From positions 1-64,000 of the IMG/VR virus record IMGVR_UViG_2845860650_000005: DNA of 64,000 nt. One strand, written 5' to 3'. How positions within the stretch are numbered: the stretch's first letter is position 1; each line of letters begins with the position of its first letter. Shown piece by piece: positions 29,133 to 38,487 of this stretch. The notes below the pieces were generated by a model, which had not been told where the DNA came from, searched no databases, and saw only the letters and a program-made list of their open reading frames with translations. The DNA is from a virus. Taxonomy: Duplodnaviria > Caudoviricetes. A program made the position numbers and the translations under genes.

Positions 29133-29356
29133 AAGAGAAGGCAGAGGGCAGAAGGCAGGAGGCAGAAGAGGAAGAAGATGTTGTAGATTTAATTGTTAAG
29201 AAGTACGCTAAGAAACTACCACTTGATTATATAATTCGCACTGTTTCTAAAAGCCTGGGTCAATTCTCATCTTTAGAAGATTTACGCGATCGCACTGCTG
29301 AAATCTACCTGAAAATCAGCCCTAAACTATTCACCCAAACAATTGAAAAATGCCGA

Positions 29357-31246
29357 ATGCTGTCTCATTTAGCAGGTATGGCAGATGTTGAAGATGAGTT
29401 TTTAGAAGACAGGGGTGATAGTGCTACCCAACAAAGAACTGATGCTAAAGTTTTCGCATGGCTTAGTCAACCCTTCAAAGAAGCGATCGCATATTTCCGC
29501 AAAAAAGTCATCATTCCCACCCAACGCTGGGACGAGTTCACCGCCCAAAACCACGATTTTGCTTTCACTGTTGCTGGATTAACCAAAGCAGACTTACTTG
29601 AAGATGTGCGCTGGCTAGTTGATAAAGCCATCTCTGAGGGTAACGACTACGAAACCTTTAAAAGTCAATTTCGCCGTCTAATTGGGCGTAAAGGTTGGCA
29701 TCCAAACGACAAACGAATCTATACAATTCTGGATACTAATTCTCGTCGTGCTTATGCTGCTGGTCGCTACGAGCAAGCCACCAATCCTGATATGCTGCAA
29801 CGTCGCCCTTATTGGGTGTGGAAGCACCGCGATTCTGTTGTTCCTCGCCCAAATCACTTAGCACTGGATAATAAGGCGATCGCGGCAAACCATCCATTTT
29901 GGAAAGTCGCGCTTCCTAGTTGCTTTCCTCCTGAAACTATGGTTGCTACTCCAACGGGATGGAGGAGAATTGACAGTTTTTCTACTGGAGATTTAGTAAT
30001 TGGGGGGAGCGGTAATATCCAACCTGTCGATGCCGTCTACAAAAGATGGTATAGCGATAAGCTCATTAGGGTGGTTACAGAAACATCCGGCGAACTTCTT
30101 TCGACCCCAAATCACCGTATTTTGACCCTTCGGGGATGGATTAGAGCAGAGAATTTGCAAATCGGTGATGTACTTGTTCAAATTGGTGAAACATCCGCGC
30201 TTAATAACACTATTAGTAATGTAAACCAAGTGAATTTGGCATTCGGTAATGACTTGATGACGAATCCAGTCCAAGGGGTATCTGCTAGCGTTAATGCACT
30301 CAATACCCAGACGCAACGATGGAATGTAGATATCAACCCATCTAGCAAATTTGTCTTTGGAATAAACAACACAAAAATTGTGACTTGTAGAAAATCCCAA
30401 ACTATGGAGGTGGTCGATAACGATAGACTCGTATTTTGTGGGAGAAGTTCTAGGGTACATAAGACAATTAGGATTTTGAATCATTGTCTTATGACTATTA
30501 GTAATAGCTTTCTCTCTAACATCTTTTCTAAGAAAAGAGCTATTAACTTTGAGTTTTTCACACATCTTTCTAATAGATTCAGAGTTTTGTTTGTTGATAC
30601 CTATCCTTGGGTGATTGCCATTCTTTTGTTTTTGAACAAGCTCTTTCATTTTGGCTCTAGAAATTTTTCTGCGTTCGGGGTTTCTAACAAACTGAATCCT
30701 AACTTTCTCGCTTGTATCTCTAGCGGGGACACTGTAATAAACCAACATCCTCATTACAGTTCTTTCGTTGACCCCCCAAAAACTAGCAAGTTCTCTAATC
30801 GTGAAATTTTGGTCGATATACCTGCTGCGGAGGGCTTCACTAATGGTTATCCCCTCGATTTGTTCAATTCTCTCGATGATTTTTCTTCTTGGGCCTTGCA
30901 AAACGCGATTCTTCATAAGGTTATCGACTTAGGGTGCTGCTGCTATTCTGGCTATGTATATAATCTTAGCGTTGTAAGGGACGAGAGCTATTGCTTGCCT
31001 CAATCTGTTGTACATAACTGTGCCTGGGGATGCAGATGTACCTTCTTCTCTGCCAACGAGCGCCTGCTCGAACGCATCGGCGCACAAATTCTCAATAACC
31101 CCCCAGACCCTAAAACCATCGCCGAAGCAGGGTTTCAACGTGCCCCAGGACTTGACCCCGAATCTGACAGACAAGATGTTCTGGAGCAGGGATTATCAAG
31201 ATTTTCACCAGACATTGCAGAGCAAGTACGCCGAACGAAAGAATAA
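29357..31246 (+). CDS. Phage head morphogenesis protein (MuF/SPP1 gp7 family) containing an intein; true N-terminus probably further upstream
   Basis: PFKEAIAYFRKK, AFTVAG, TNSRRAYAAGR, RPYW.W...D...RPNH.ALD, HPFW...PS-[intein]-CAWGCRC. Confidence 0.92.
   Translation: MLSHLAGMADVEDEFLEDRGDSATQQRTDAKVFAWLSQPFKEAIAYFRKKVIIPTQRWDEFTAQNHDFAFTVAGLTKADLLEDVRWLVDKAISEGNDYETFKSQFRRLIGRKGWHPNDKRIYTILDTNSRRAYAAGRYEQATNPDMLQRRPYWVWKHRDSVVPRPNHLALDNKAIAANHPFWKVALPSCFPPETMVATPTGWRRIDSFSTGDLVIGGSGNIQPVDAVYKRWYSDKLIRVVTETSGELLSTPNHRILTLRGWIRAENLQIGDVLVQIGETSALNNTISNVNQVNLAFGNDLMTNPVQGVSASVNALNTQTQRWNVDINPSSKFVFGINNTKIVTCRKSQTMEVVDNDRLVFCGRSSRVHKTIRILNHCLMTISNSFLSNIFSKKRAINFEFFTHLSNRFRVLFVDTYPWVIAILLFLNKLFHFGSRNFSAFGVSNKLNPNFLACISSGDTVINQHPHYSSFVDPPKTSKFSNREILVDIPAAEGFTNGYPLDLFNSLDDFSSWALQNAILHKVIDLGCCCYSGYVYNLSVVRDESYCLPQSVVHNCAWGCRCTFFSANERLLERIGAQILNNPPDPKTIAEAGFQRAPGLDPESDRQDVLEQGLSRFSPDIAEQVRRTKE
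29921..31018 (+). mobile_element. Intein (366 aa) inserted in the MuF CxxGCRC motif
   Basis: Block A CFPPETMVATPTGWRRI, block B STPNHRILT..GWIRAENL..GD, block F YVYNLSV..DESY, block G VVHN followed by Cys+1. Confidence 0.93.
29993..30916 (-). CDS. Putative homing endonuclease (HTH plus Vsr/DUF559-like PD-(D/E)xK domain), antisense inside the intein
   Basis: HTH LRSRYIDQNFTIRELASFWGVNERTVMRML; basic linker; PTKYESIVIDHLHSLG...VDIYIPSLRLGIEC; nested wholly in the intein and codon-aligned with it. Confidence 0.8.
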   Translation of the reverse strand: MKNRVLQGPRRKIIERIEQIEGITISEALRSRYIDQNFTIRELASFWGVNERTVMRMLVYYSVPARDTSEKVRIQFVRNPERRKISRAKMKELVQKQKNGNHPRIGINKQNSESIRKMCEKLKVNSSFLRKDVREKAITNSHKTMIQNPNCLMYPRTSPTKYESIVIDHLHSLGFSTSHNFCVVYSKDKFARWVDIYIPSLRLGIECINASRYPLDWIRHQVITECQIHLVYITNSVIKRGCFTNLNKYITDLQILCSNPSPKGQNTVIWGRKKFAGCFCNHPNELIAIPSFVDGIDRLDITAPPNY

Positions 31247-31281
31247 GCATTTCAGCTTGCATCTGGGGACTTACTCCCCAG

Positions 31282-31626
31282 ATGCAAGCCTCAAACACTG
31301 ATTCTTGCGTTGAATTAAATCAAGATTCCATGACATCTTATACCCTCGTTCCTTGCGACCACATTTTTGAAATCCCTACCCATGTAGCCAAATGTCCCTA
31401 CTGTGAAGCTAAGTTGTATGCTAATGCGTTCGCTTGGGTGGAGGAAGATGACGGATGGGTAGCAGAGCAGCTAGAAATTAGCTGTGATACAGAGCCAGAT
31501 ATTCAATCTGATGAATGGGATTTGTGGATGCACAATCATTCCGATATGCCCTATGTATATCAACTTCCAATTAATACAAAAATTGAAGATTACATCAACA
31601 ATAATTTTCGATTTGATTGTCTATAA
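31282..31626 (+). CDS. Hypothetical protein with a CPYC motif
   Basis: Acidic 114-aa ORF, AKCPYCEAKL. Confidence 0.65.
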   Translation: MQASNTDSCVELNQDSMTSYTLVPCDHIFEIPTHVAKCPYCEAKLYANAFAWVEEDDGWVAEQLEISCDTEPDIQSDEWDLWMHNHSDMPYVYQLPINTKIEDYINNNFRFDCL

Positions 31627-31687
31627 TGTGCTATTATTATAATAGCGATTAATCCAGTTATTCTTGACTAAAACAGTGGTTTTTACT

Positions 31688-31714
31688 AAATCGTCTTTCC
31701 TACAAAGACGATTT
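31688..31714. terminator. Probable bidirectional terminator between convergent genes
   Basis: AAATCGTCTTT-cctac-AAAGACGATTT. Confidence 0.65.
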
Positions 31715-32437
31715 TTATTTTTTACATAAAAAACTTACTGCATCAATAGCCAGACCCCACTTAGCCCATTTCACTCTCTTCCTCCACTTATTTAACAAAT
31801 CTTGAGGGAAAGGACTAAATCTGCTCAATGCATCTTTTAAATGATTAGCGTGACCAAATTCGTCTCTTGTCATTTGAGACGCGAGCGCACTCAAATCGCC
31901 ATCTTTTAATAAAGCTAATTCTAAATATAAACTTGCTATTTCTTCTTCTAAGACACACATAAAAGCTATCCTATCTTCCCAAGAATAATCAAATGCTGCG
32001 CGATTATAGAATAGCAGTCTAGAAGATACAAACCTGTAAGACATCCCATCAAAATTTTCTAAAACTCCTGTCAATCGTTCTCCAGGATAAGTATAAGAGT
32101 CCCAAGTTACAACCTTCGGTTTATTGAAAGGAGTGATAAATTTCTTAACTAGATTCTCTTGCCCTCGGAGGATTGTAACCCACCTGCCAGTGCCAGTTCG
32201 AGTTATGCGATCGCTTCCATCTGCAAGACTTGAGAGCATTTTACCGTGTTTGTTTTCTTCCTTGGCTTGTTTCTCTAAGAAGGCGGCTAAATATTGCCGA
32301 TCTTCTGCGAGAGCTTGCTGTTGTAATTTTTCAATAAAAACAGCATTTCCATATTCGATTTTTGCTAAAAATCGAATAAACCTTTGTTTATTAAGCAAGC
32401 CTAATTTAACAATTAATTTATTAAAAATTGACGACAT
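31715..32437 (-). CDS. Ferritin-like (diiron four-helix bundle) protein
   Basis: E...KEENKH and E...RDEFGH paired ExxH motifs. Confidence 0.75.
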   Translation of the reverse strand: MSSIFNKLIVKLGLLNKQRFIRFLAKIEYGNAVFIEKLQQQALAEDRQYLAAFLEKQAKEENKHGKMLSSLADGSDRITRTGTGRWVTILRGQENLVKKFITPFNKPKVVTWDSYTYPGERLTGVLENFDGMSYRFVSSRLLFYNRAAFDYSWEDRIAFMCVLEEEIASLYLELALLKDGDLSALASQMTRDEFGHANHLKDALSRFSPFPQDLLNKWRKRVKWAKWGLAIDAVSFLCKK

Positions 32438-32566
32438 TCTTTATGTTTCGTAGTGGTGAAAAAATTATATATAGAATCATTATTAAACTAAGTATCATGA
32501 CTTTATATATAAATCCAAAAATCATTAAACCCCAGCTTTGTTGTTTTTCTTTCTTTTGTTTCTTCA

Positions 32567-33178
32567 TTAACTGTATCCCACTAAAGTAATTACATTCCCA
32601 TTAATTGTAAAACAAGTACCATCCAAATAATTACTTTTAGATGGGTTTTTAGCGTATACAGAAATCCATCTAAAAGTTGAGGTGATGTTAATAGTAATTT
32701 CACCTCCTGCTTGAGATATTGTGGCAGCAGGCGTAGATTCTTGCCCAGTGCGTGAAGTATTTGGTTCTTGCGACCATCTATAAACTGCGATTGCACTACT
32801 TCCAGCTTGAATATTAATATCAAATCCAACTTGGATAATTAATTTTAAGCTAGTCTGTGGAGCTAGAAATTCAAAAGCTTTACCACCAACCTCGCAACTA
32901 GAAGTACAAATAATGTTGCCTCCGAAAGCTGCTCCTCCACCGACTCCACCACCGCTAAACTGAAACCATCTACCTACATTGTCAGACGAAGCTACTATTT
33001 TTGGCGGATTTTCGGCGTCTGACGCCGATCGCTTATATCGATACCAAGCAGAAGATCCCGTACCATCGTCGTTTACAGTCAAAAACATTTTATCTACCCT
33101 TTTTGGGGTAGATTCATCGTTCAAAGCTTTTAAGGCACTAATATTATCTACAGATAAAGCGGTATGAATAAACGACAT
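32567..33178 (-). CDS. Tail spike/fibre-related protein
   Basis: SVDNISALKAL...DDGTG..WYRY...DAEN..IV....GRW resembles tailspike N-terminal particle-binding domains. Confidence 0.6.
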   Translation of the reverse strand: MSFIHTALSVDNISALKALNDESTPKRVDKMFLTVNDDGTGSSAWYRYKRSASDAENPPKIVASSDNVGRWFQFSGGGVGGGAAFGGNIICTSSCEVGGKAFEFLAPQTSLKLIIQVGFDINIQAGSSAIAVYRWSQEPNTSRTGQESTPAATISQAGGEITINITSTFRWISVYAKNPSKSNYLDGTCFTINGNVITLVGYS

Positions 33179-33180
33179 AT

Positions 33181-35121
33181 CTAAGCCTGTAAAACGTTAC
33201 CATTACTATCGACCAAAACGCTGCCATTGCTATCTGTCAAGATATTGTCGAAATTTAAAGCGCTGACATCTGGCAATGGCAAACTAAAAGTTAAGTAAGC
33301 GTTACCTCCAATTCCGGTGTTAGTGACACTAGCAGGTGACCCAGGTTCTAAAATTGTTACTTCTGGATTAACTTCAATATTTGGTGGCTCTAGTCCATGC
33401 TCTCGTTCGTATACACAAGGGGGCGAAGCGTGGGAGATGCTAGTTACTGTATTGATATTGAGATATGCAATACAAAATTGATAATTACCAGTGCTAAATA
33501 CGCTGCTACCACTAACAGTGCTGCCTACAAAACCCTCAATATTAAACAACCCGACATTACTAGGAACCGTTGGCAAATTAGAAGCAGTAGAACTAACCAA
33601 AGACCCGACTAAAATTTCTTCCCCATCTTCCCCAACAATAGGTATATCAAAGACTTGGATAGTCCCACCTCCAACTGGACGCACATATACTCTTACCTTC
33701 GTGGCATTTAGCTGTGCTACCATTCCTGCAATGACATCTGGATAATCATCCCGAATTGTTGTTGGATGCATCAAAACTATCCGCAACAACAGCGCATTTG
33801 TTAGAGCGCTGGCAGTAGACCAATCGCTAATTTGCCCTACTCCATCAACTGTACTTACCAAAGCTCTGAGCGCTGCCGTTTCTTCCGGGACGCTATTGGC
33901 AACAAAGCAAGTACCGTTGTTGGTAATAATTACCTTTTGGTCAGAGGCATTCGCTTCCAATCCCGGAACTAATTGCTTTCCTAGTTTGCGGAATTTATAA
34001 AAAGCAATCGACCCACTCCCCACACCAGCGACTAAATCCAATCCCGACCCATTGGGTAAAATTCGTCTGCGCTCATCTGTAGCAACAATGTAATTGCCTA
34101 ATAAATCCGCCACTGGGTCATACTCTGAAAAATTTGGAGCAAGGCGCGGGTAAATTTTTACAATTGCTCCTTGGGCTATGCTATTACCCACATCCGCGTC
34201 GTCAAAGGCCATTTGCACTTGCAGAACATATCCGTAGTTGGGAAGTAAAGGCTTGGGCAGTGCAAGATTTGTTACTTTGTCGCCTTGATATGTGAATGTC
34301 CCACTACTCACTACCATATCTGTAGTATCAAGTGCCCCAGTAGTTGTGTTGACGTACCCCAAAAACGCCAACTGCAACAATCCTTTGAAATCATCTGCCC
34401 CTACATCTTCGTCATCTGTTGCCACACTCAAGCGAATTCTTTTTCCTTGAGGGATTTCAAAGTTTGTATCGTTGACAATCCAAAACCTCACTGGTTCTGA
34501 TAAATCTCCACTGGAGTCGTAATCAGGGAAAATAATCGCTGAAGTATCGGTGATTTTTGATAGCTCGATATCGCACCCACCCTCTGTTAAGGTGCTGGCA
34601 ATGTATGGATTGAAATTTTGTGGCAAACAAGCAACCCAATTAGCATCCCTGGTCTTCCACTCAACAATTTGATTTGTAGAATTTATAAGCCTCCGCATAC
34701 CATTAATTCTGTAGCTATTAGGCAGTGCTGTTGGATTTGCAACAACTGTCCTTAGCTCAAAATGAGTGTCCCTGAATAATGTAATCGTTGCAGGTAAATT
34801 GGTGGGCGTTCCATCTATCTCATATCCCAAGTAGGTAGCGACTACGCATCCGTTTTCTGGGACGGTATCATTCGACATTACTATTCCAATTTCATGGATA
34901 TCACTAGCGGTTTTTCTAATTGCACTAGGAAGAGTAATTTCTACACCTTGGTTAGACGCGATGGTAACATCCGTTCTTAGAGAAAATAATGTTATTCCGG
35001 CCCGGTTACGGCAATATATCCAAATGCTTTTATTTCCAGCACTAGCTTCTGTTGTAGACCCTGAAACAACATTGACTGTAGGTGGTGGTGGAGTGATAGT
35101 AGAGGCGTATTGCGATCGCAT
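33181..35121 (-). CDS. Putative tail/baseplate or fibre protein (646 aa)
   Basis: Beta-rich; C-terminal VTILEPGSPASVTNTG...LTFSLP motif seen in tail fibres; operon context. Confidence 0.6.
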   Translation of the reverse strand: MRSQYASTITPPPPTVNVVSGSTTEASAGNKSIWIYCRNRAGITLFSLRTDVTIASNQGVEITLPSAIRKTASDIHEIGIVMSNDTVPENGCVVATYLGYEIDGTPTNLPATITLFRDTHFELRTVVANPTALPNSYRINGMRRLINSTNQIVEWKTRDANWVACLPQNFNPYIASTLTEGGCDIELSKITDTSAIIFPDYDSSGDLSEPVRFWIVNDTNFEIPQGKRIRLSVATDDEDVGADDFKGLLQLAFLGYVNTTTGALDTTDMVVSSGTFTYQGDKVTNLALPKPLLPNYGYVLQVQMAFDDADVGNSIAQGAIVKIYPRLAPNFSEYDPVADLLGNYIVATDERRRILPNGSGLDLVAGVGSGSIAFYKFRKLGKQLVPGLEANASDQKVIITNNGTCFVANSVPEETAALRALVSTVDGVGQISDWSTASALTNALLLRIVLMHPTTIRDDYPDVIAGMVAQLNATKVRVYVRPVGGGTIQVFDIPIVGEDGEEILVGSLVSSTASNLPTVPSNVGLFNIEGFVGSTVSGSSVFSTGNYQFCIAYLNINTVTSISHASPPCVYEREHGLEPPNIEVNPEVTILEPGSPASVTNTGIGGNAYLTFSLPLPDVSALNFDNILTDSNGSVLVDSNGNVLQA

Positions 35122-35138
35122 TATTTAAAATAAGGTGT

Positions 35139-35969
35139 TTAAAGTAATTCCAATGTTCCTGCAAAACTACCATTCAAAGATACTAAATCTTGTAAATTAG
35201 TGACATATCCAGTACTGCACATTATCGTTAGCAACGTTATAGGTTGTCCATTTTCACTAGGAATAGTAAAAATGAGTTCGTTCGTTTCTTCAGAGTTTAT
35301 CCTTGTATATCCTTCTGGCGGTTCGAGGGAATTAATAAATTCTGGGAAATCTCCACTACCAGCAATTGCAGCCACCCATCCAAAATCACCTCCCGAATAA
35401 CTGCCAGTAAACTCAAATTTTATTTGAGGATTAGTAAACCCAGACCCCGTAATTTGAGCGCGAATATAAAAACCATCTGACGAACCTGTAGCATTGTATT
35501 GCGTACTAGCTGAAAACGAGCGCTTGCCTTTACTCCTAATAATAGAATTACTAGAACTGCCTCCAAGATAAATATCGTTATAACTGCTAGTAGGGACTGC
35601 AATCTCAGGATCTGTAATAAAACTAACTACTTTAGAAGGGTCTGAAAATGAAGCACTGTGAGAAAATTCCCAGAAAATACTATAAGATTCCTTGTTGGAT
35701 AATGCTTTTTTCTTCGATCTTCTATTAATTACAGTTAGTTCATTTAAAACCTGTGTTTTTGTAATTGAAAAAGCATAATGTTGTCCTTCAGCTTTAAACA
35801 CCCGGCACTCACCACTACCAGTTATATTAGCTGCGATCGCCACAACTGAAGTTCCATTACTGCGTCTGACATTCACCGTGCCGTCGTTGTTGACGCTACC
35901 ACAACTACCAGTAAAAATTACTTGACTAGATTCGATTAGATCTAATATATCTTGAGAGAGTTTATTCAT
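35139..35969 (-). CDS. Putative tail protein
   Basis: 276-aa Ser/Gly-rich beta protein in the leftward structural operon. Confidence 0.55.
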   Translation of the reverse strand: MNKLSQDILDLIESSQVIFTGSCGSVNNDGTVNVRRSNGTSVVAIAANITGSGECRVFKAEGQHYAFSITKTQVLNELTVINRRSKKKALSNKESYSIFWEFSHSASFSDPSKVVSFITDPEIAVPTSSYNDIYLGGSSSNSIIRSKGKRSFSASTQYNATGSSDGFYIRAQITGSGFTNPQIKFEFTGSYSGGDFGWVAAIAGSGDFPEFINSLEPPEGYTRINSEETNELIFTIPSENGQPITLLTIMCSTGYVTNLQDLVSLNGSFAGTLELL

Positions 35970-36139
35970 TACCGAGAAATTGCAGTAGTTTGTCCAACAA
36001 CATTATTGCTATACATTTGTAATTCAAAGGTTTGTCCGTTAATTGTACCCACTAACTTGTTGCCTTGTACTTTGAGCTTTGGTTGCTGAGATTTGATAAT
36101 CGTGATTAGTTGTTGCGCTAATTGCTGTTCTGTTTTCAT
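35969..36139 (-). CDS. Small hypothetical protein (56 aa, MKTEQQLAQQ...TAISR), absent from the ORF track
   Basis: Fills the operon gap exactly; TAATG overlap with the downstream gene. Confidence 0.65.
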   Translation of the reverse strand: MKTEQQLAQQLITIIKSQQPKLKVQGNKLVGTINGQTFELQMYSNNVVGQTTAISR

Positions 36140-36143
36140 AAAA

Positions 36144-38471
36144 TCAATATTTCCTTCTATTTGGCGAGTTAATCAACACCTTACCTAATTTAGTTGTTGT
36201 TCCACCACTGACAATCATTTTTGGGTCAGTGCTATTATCATCACCTTCAGTAGGAGCATCTTTTTTATCAACTTCTATGGTTCTTGCCCTGACCAATCCC
36301 AATGATAATGAGATTGGATCTGATTGACAAATAGGTACAAGTCCAAATTTTGTAGCCACACCTTTGAAGCTCAATTTAAAAGATGCACTAATTATCCTCC
36401 AATCACCAAGATTCTGAAATCTGTCTAATTCTGTAACCACGCGATCGCCATCACACATATTTGGATAGAAAGAAAACACCGAACGTTGACAAGTATCTTT
36501 TTGCATACCCTCAATCTTGAGTTCTGTAAGTGCTGCTTTTAATGCTTCACCGTAAGTCGTTGCTAGCGGGTAACTTCTACTTCCTCCCTTGGAAATTAAG
36601 CTAGAGTCATCAGAAGTCATGAAGTAGCGTTGTTTTTTAGGTTGAATCACGCGCGTACTTTGGGTTCCATCCCGTTTTTCCCAATCAGATTTACGGGTTG
36701 TCGCTTCTGGTAGCCTTCCTGATAAATCTTTAAAAACTACTTTCTCAGTCAAATCAGAAAAACCAGAATTTTGAGTAGAATATTCGCTGATTTTCTCTTT
36801 ATATTTATTAATATCAATAATTGTGCGCTCGGTTATATAAAACGACTCCTCACCAGTGGTTAGAGGTGCTAACGGGGCGTCAGGAGTTGACTCAGGGTGT
36901 GGAGTATAAGCAAATGAAGATACTTTTCTGCTTTCCACCAATATTGACATCGGTTCTACAAAATTCGGGTCTGGGTAAAGAATCCCTACCTTTCCATTAC
37001 TCGATATTTCTTGTCTGAAAGAATCAATCTTTTCTTTTATTCTTGGCTCTAGTTCTGTATAAAATTTCCATTCAACACTAAATGGTAAATTTTGTTCTGT
37101 ATCTTCATACAAACTACGACTGTTAATTAATGAATATGCTGTTGAAGACTCTGAAGGAATTTGTTTAAATTTAGCCAATTCGTATCTAGGGTCATCTGAA
37201 TATAGCGTCACTAAGTCTTGGTCTGATTCTTGAATAAACCTAAATCTCCTCCATCCTGTGGCATTGATTTCAGTTAAATATTTAGCATTACTGTTAAATG
37301 TACCACTCGTTCCTGAATAGCTAACAAAGTTCTCATAATCTGGATGAACAACCAAATAAACAAAACCAGATAAATCTGTGTTTGCATATCTAGGGTCTGG
37401 ATCTTTGGCTTTGATATTTAAAGTTAATCCATCTATTCTTTCGTATTTATGTTCAGTTTTTTGGTATTCAATTAATCTCCAGTAATCCTCTGGTTTACTA
37501 CTAAAAGGCAGTCCATTTTCTAAACAAATATCTTCCGCTAAATATTCAAATGCCCAAATCCAAATTTCTTCTTTACTTGTATTTCCATTAACTAAAGTTG
37601 TCTTACGTTTTGTTTTCTTCTGTCCTTGTAAATCATGACAGTCTGTCATATTTTTGAGAACTAAACTTCCTTCTGGGGGTTTTTCTAAATCCTCGTCTAC
37701 TTCTTCTAAAGTTTGAATAACTGGTTCTTTTAAGCTAAAAGTACTTTCAGGTGTTGCATCGATGTTTTTGTTCTCGCCACTTCCCCAGGTTAATTCTGTA
37801 TCTCGATACCCAATAAAATCTGTTAAAGTATTTTTGCCATCTGTAATAACTTCTTGGTTGCCCAACTGCCAACTTTTACCACCAGAACTCAATGATTTTA
37901 ACTCTACGCCTTCTGTGAAGGACACGTAACACCCATTGATTCTGGCATAATCTTTAACCACTGCATCAATGGTAACTGCATAGTCTTTATCAGCATTACT
38001 GGGAATGGCTACATCAAATCTTTCTCCAGAATAAGGCACTCCTACAAAGGCGCAGATAGTCCCTATTCCCACACTTACGCTACCTAAAGGTACTAGTTTA
38101 AAAACTTTAATATCTTGAGTAACTAAATCCTGCCATCGAGATTTTAATCCCACCGATATCGTGTAAGTATTAATCAAGTTGCTTTTCCAAACAACTCCTT
38201 TGCGGTCATATCCGTAACTTTCAACTTCAAAATCTATGCCGTAAATCTTTAAATAAATCTTTCTAGTAGTATTGTTAATTCTATGGTTGTATGTTAATTC
38301 AAATTGTTGTAAATCTTGATCTGAAACATTGGTGTATTCTAGACTACCACTAGGGAAGCCTTCAAAATTCAAGTTCCAACCAACACCACCAGAATACATG
38401 GGAATAGGTAGTAGTGGAGGATTTTTGACAATATCACTTTTTACATAATTAGTTCGCGCGATCGCGGGCAT
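36144..38471 (-). CDS. Putative tail tip/baseplate hub protein (775 aa)
   Basis: C-terminal GDRV.....WRIISASFKLS pattern typical of tail hub proteins; context. Confidence 0.6.
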   Translation of the reverse strand: MPAIARTNYVKSDIVKNPPLLPIPMYSGGVGWNLNFEGFPSGSLEYTNVSDQDLQQFELTYNHRINNTTRKIYLKIYGIDFEVESYGYDRKGVVWKSNLINTYTISVGLKSRWQDLVTQDIKVFKLVPLGSVSVGIGTICAFVGVPYSGERFDVAIPSNADKDYAVTIDAVVKDYARINGCYVSFTEGVELKSLSSGGKSWQLGNQEVITDGKNTLTDFIGYRDTELTWGSGENKNIDATPESTFSLKEPVIQTLEEVDEDLEKPPEGSLVLKNMTDCHDLQGQKKTKRKTTLVNGNTSKEEIWIWAFEYLAEDICLENGLPFSSKPEDYWRLIEYQKTEHKYERIDGLTLNIKAKDPDPRYANTDLSGFVYLVVHPDYENFVSYSGTSGTFNSNAKYLTEINATGWRRFRFIQESDQDLVTLYSDDPRYELAKFKQIPSESSTAYSLINSRSLYEDTEQNLPFSVEWKFYTELEPRIKEKIDSFRQEISSNGKVGILYPDPNFVEPMSILVESRKVSSFAYTPHPESTPDAPLAPLTTGEESFYITERTIIDINKYKEKISEYSTQNSGFSDLTEKVVFKDLSGRLPEATTRKSDWEKRDGTQSTRVIQPKKQRYFMTSDDSSLISKGGSRSYPLATTYGEALKAALTELKIEGMQKDTCQRSVFSFYPNMCDGDRVVTELDRFQNLGDWRIISASFKLSFKGVATKFGLVPICQSDPISLSLGLVRARTIEVDKKDAPTEGDDNSTDPKMIVSGGTTTKLGKVLINSPNRRKY

Positions 38472-38487
38472 ACTTTTAAATTTTTAG

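Noticed and set aside
29921-31018. In-frame LAGLIDADG or HNH endonuclease within the intein
   Set aside because: No such motifs in the sense translation; the nuclease signature is on the opposite strand
31008-31301. Short overlapping ORFs at the MuF 3' end (30929-31174, 31008-31301, 31110-31298)
   Set aside because: Alternative frames of a well-supported gene with no motifs
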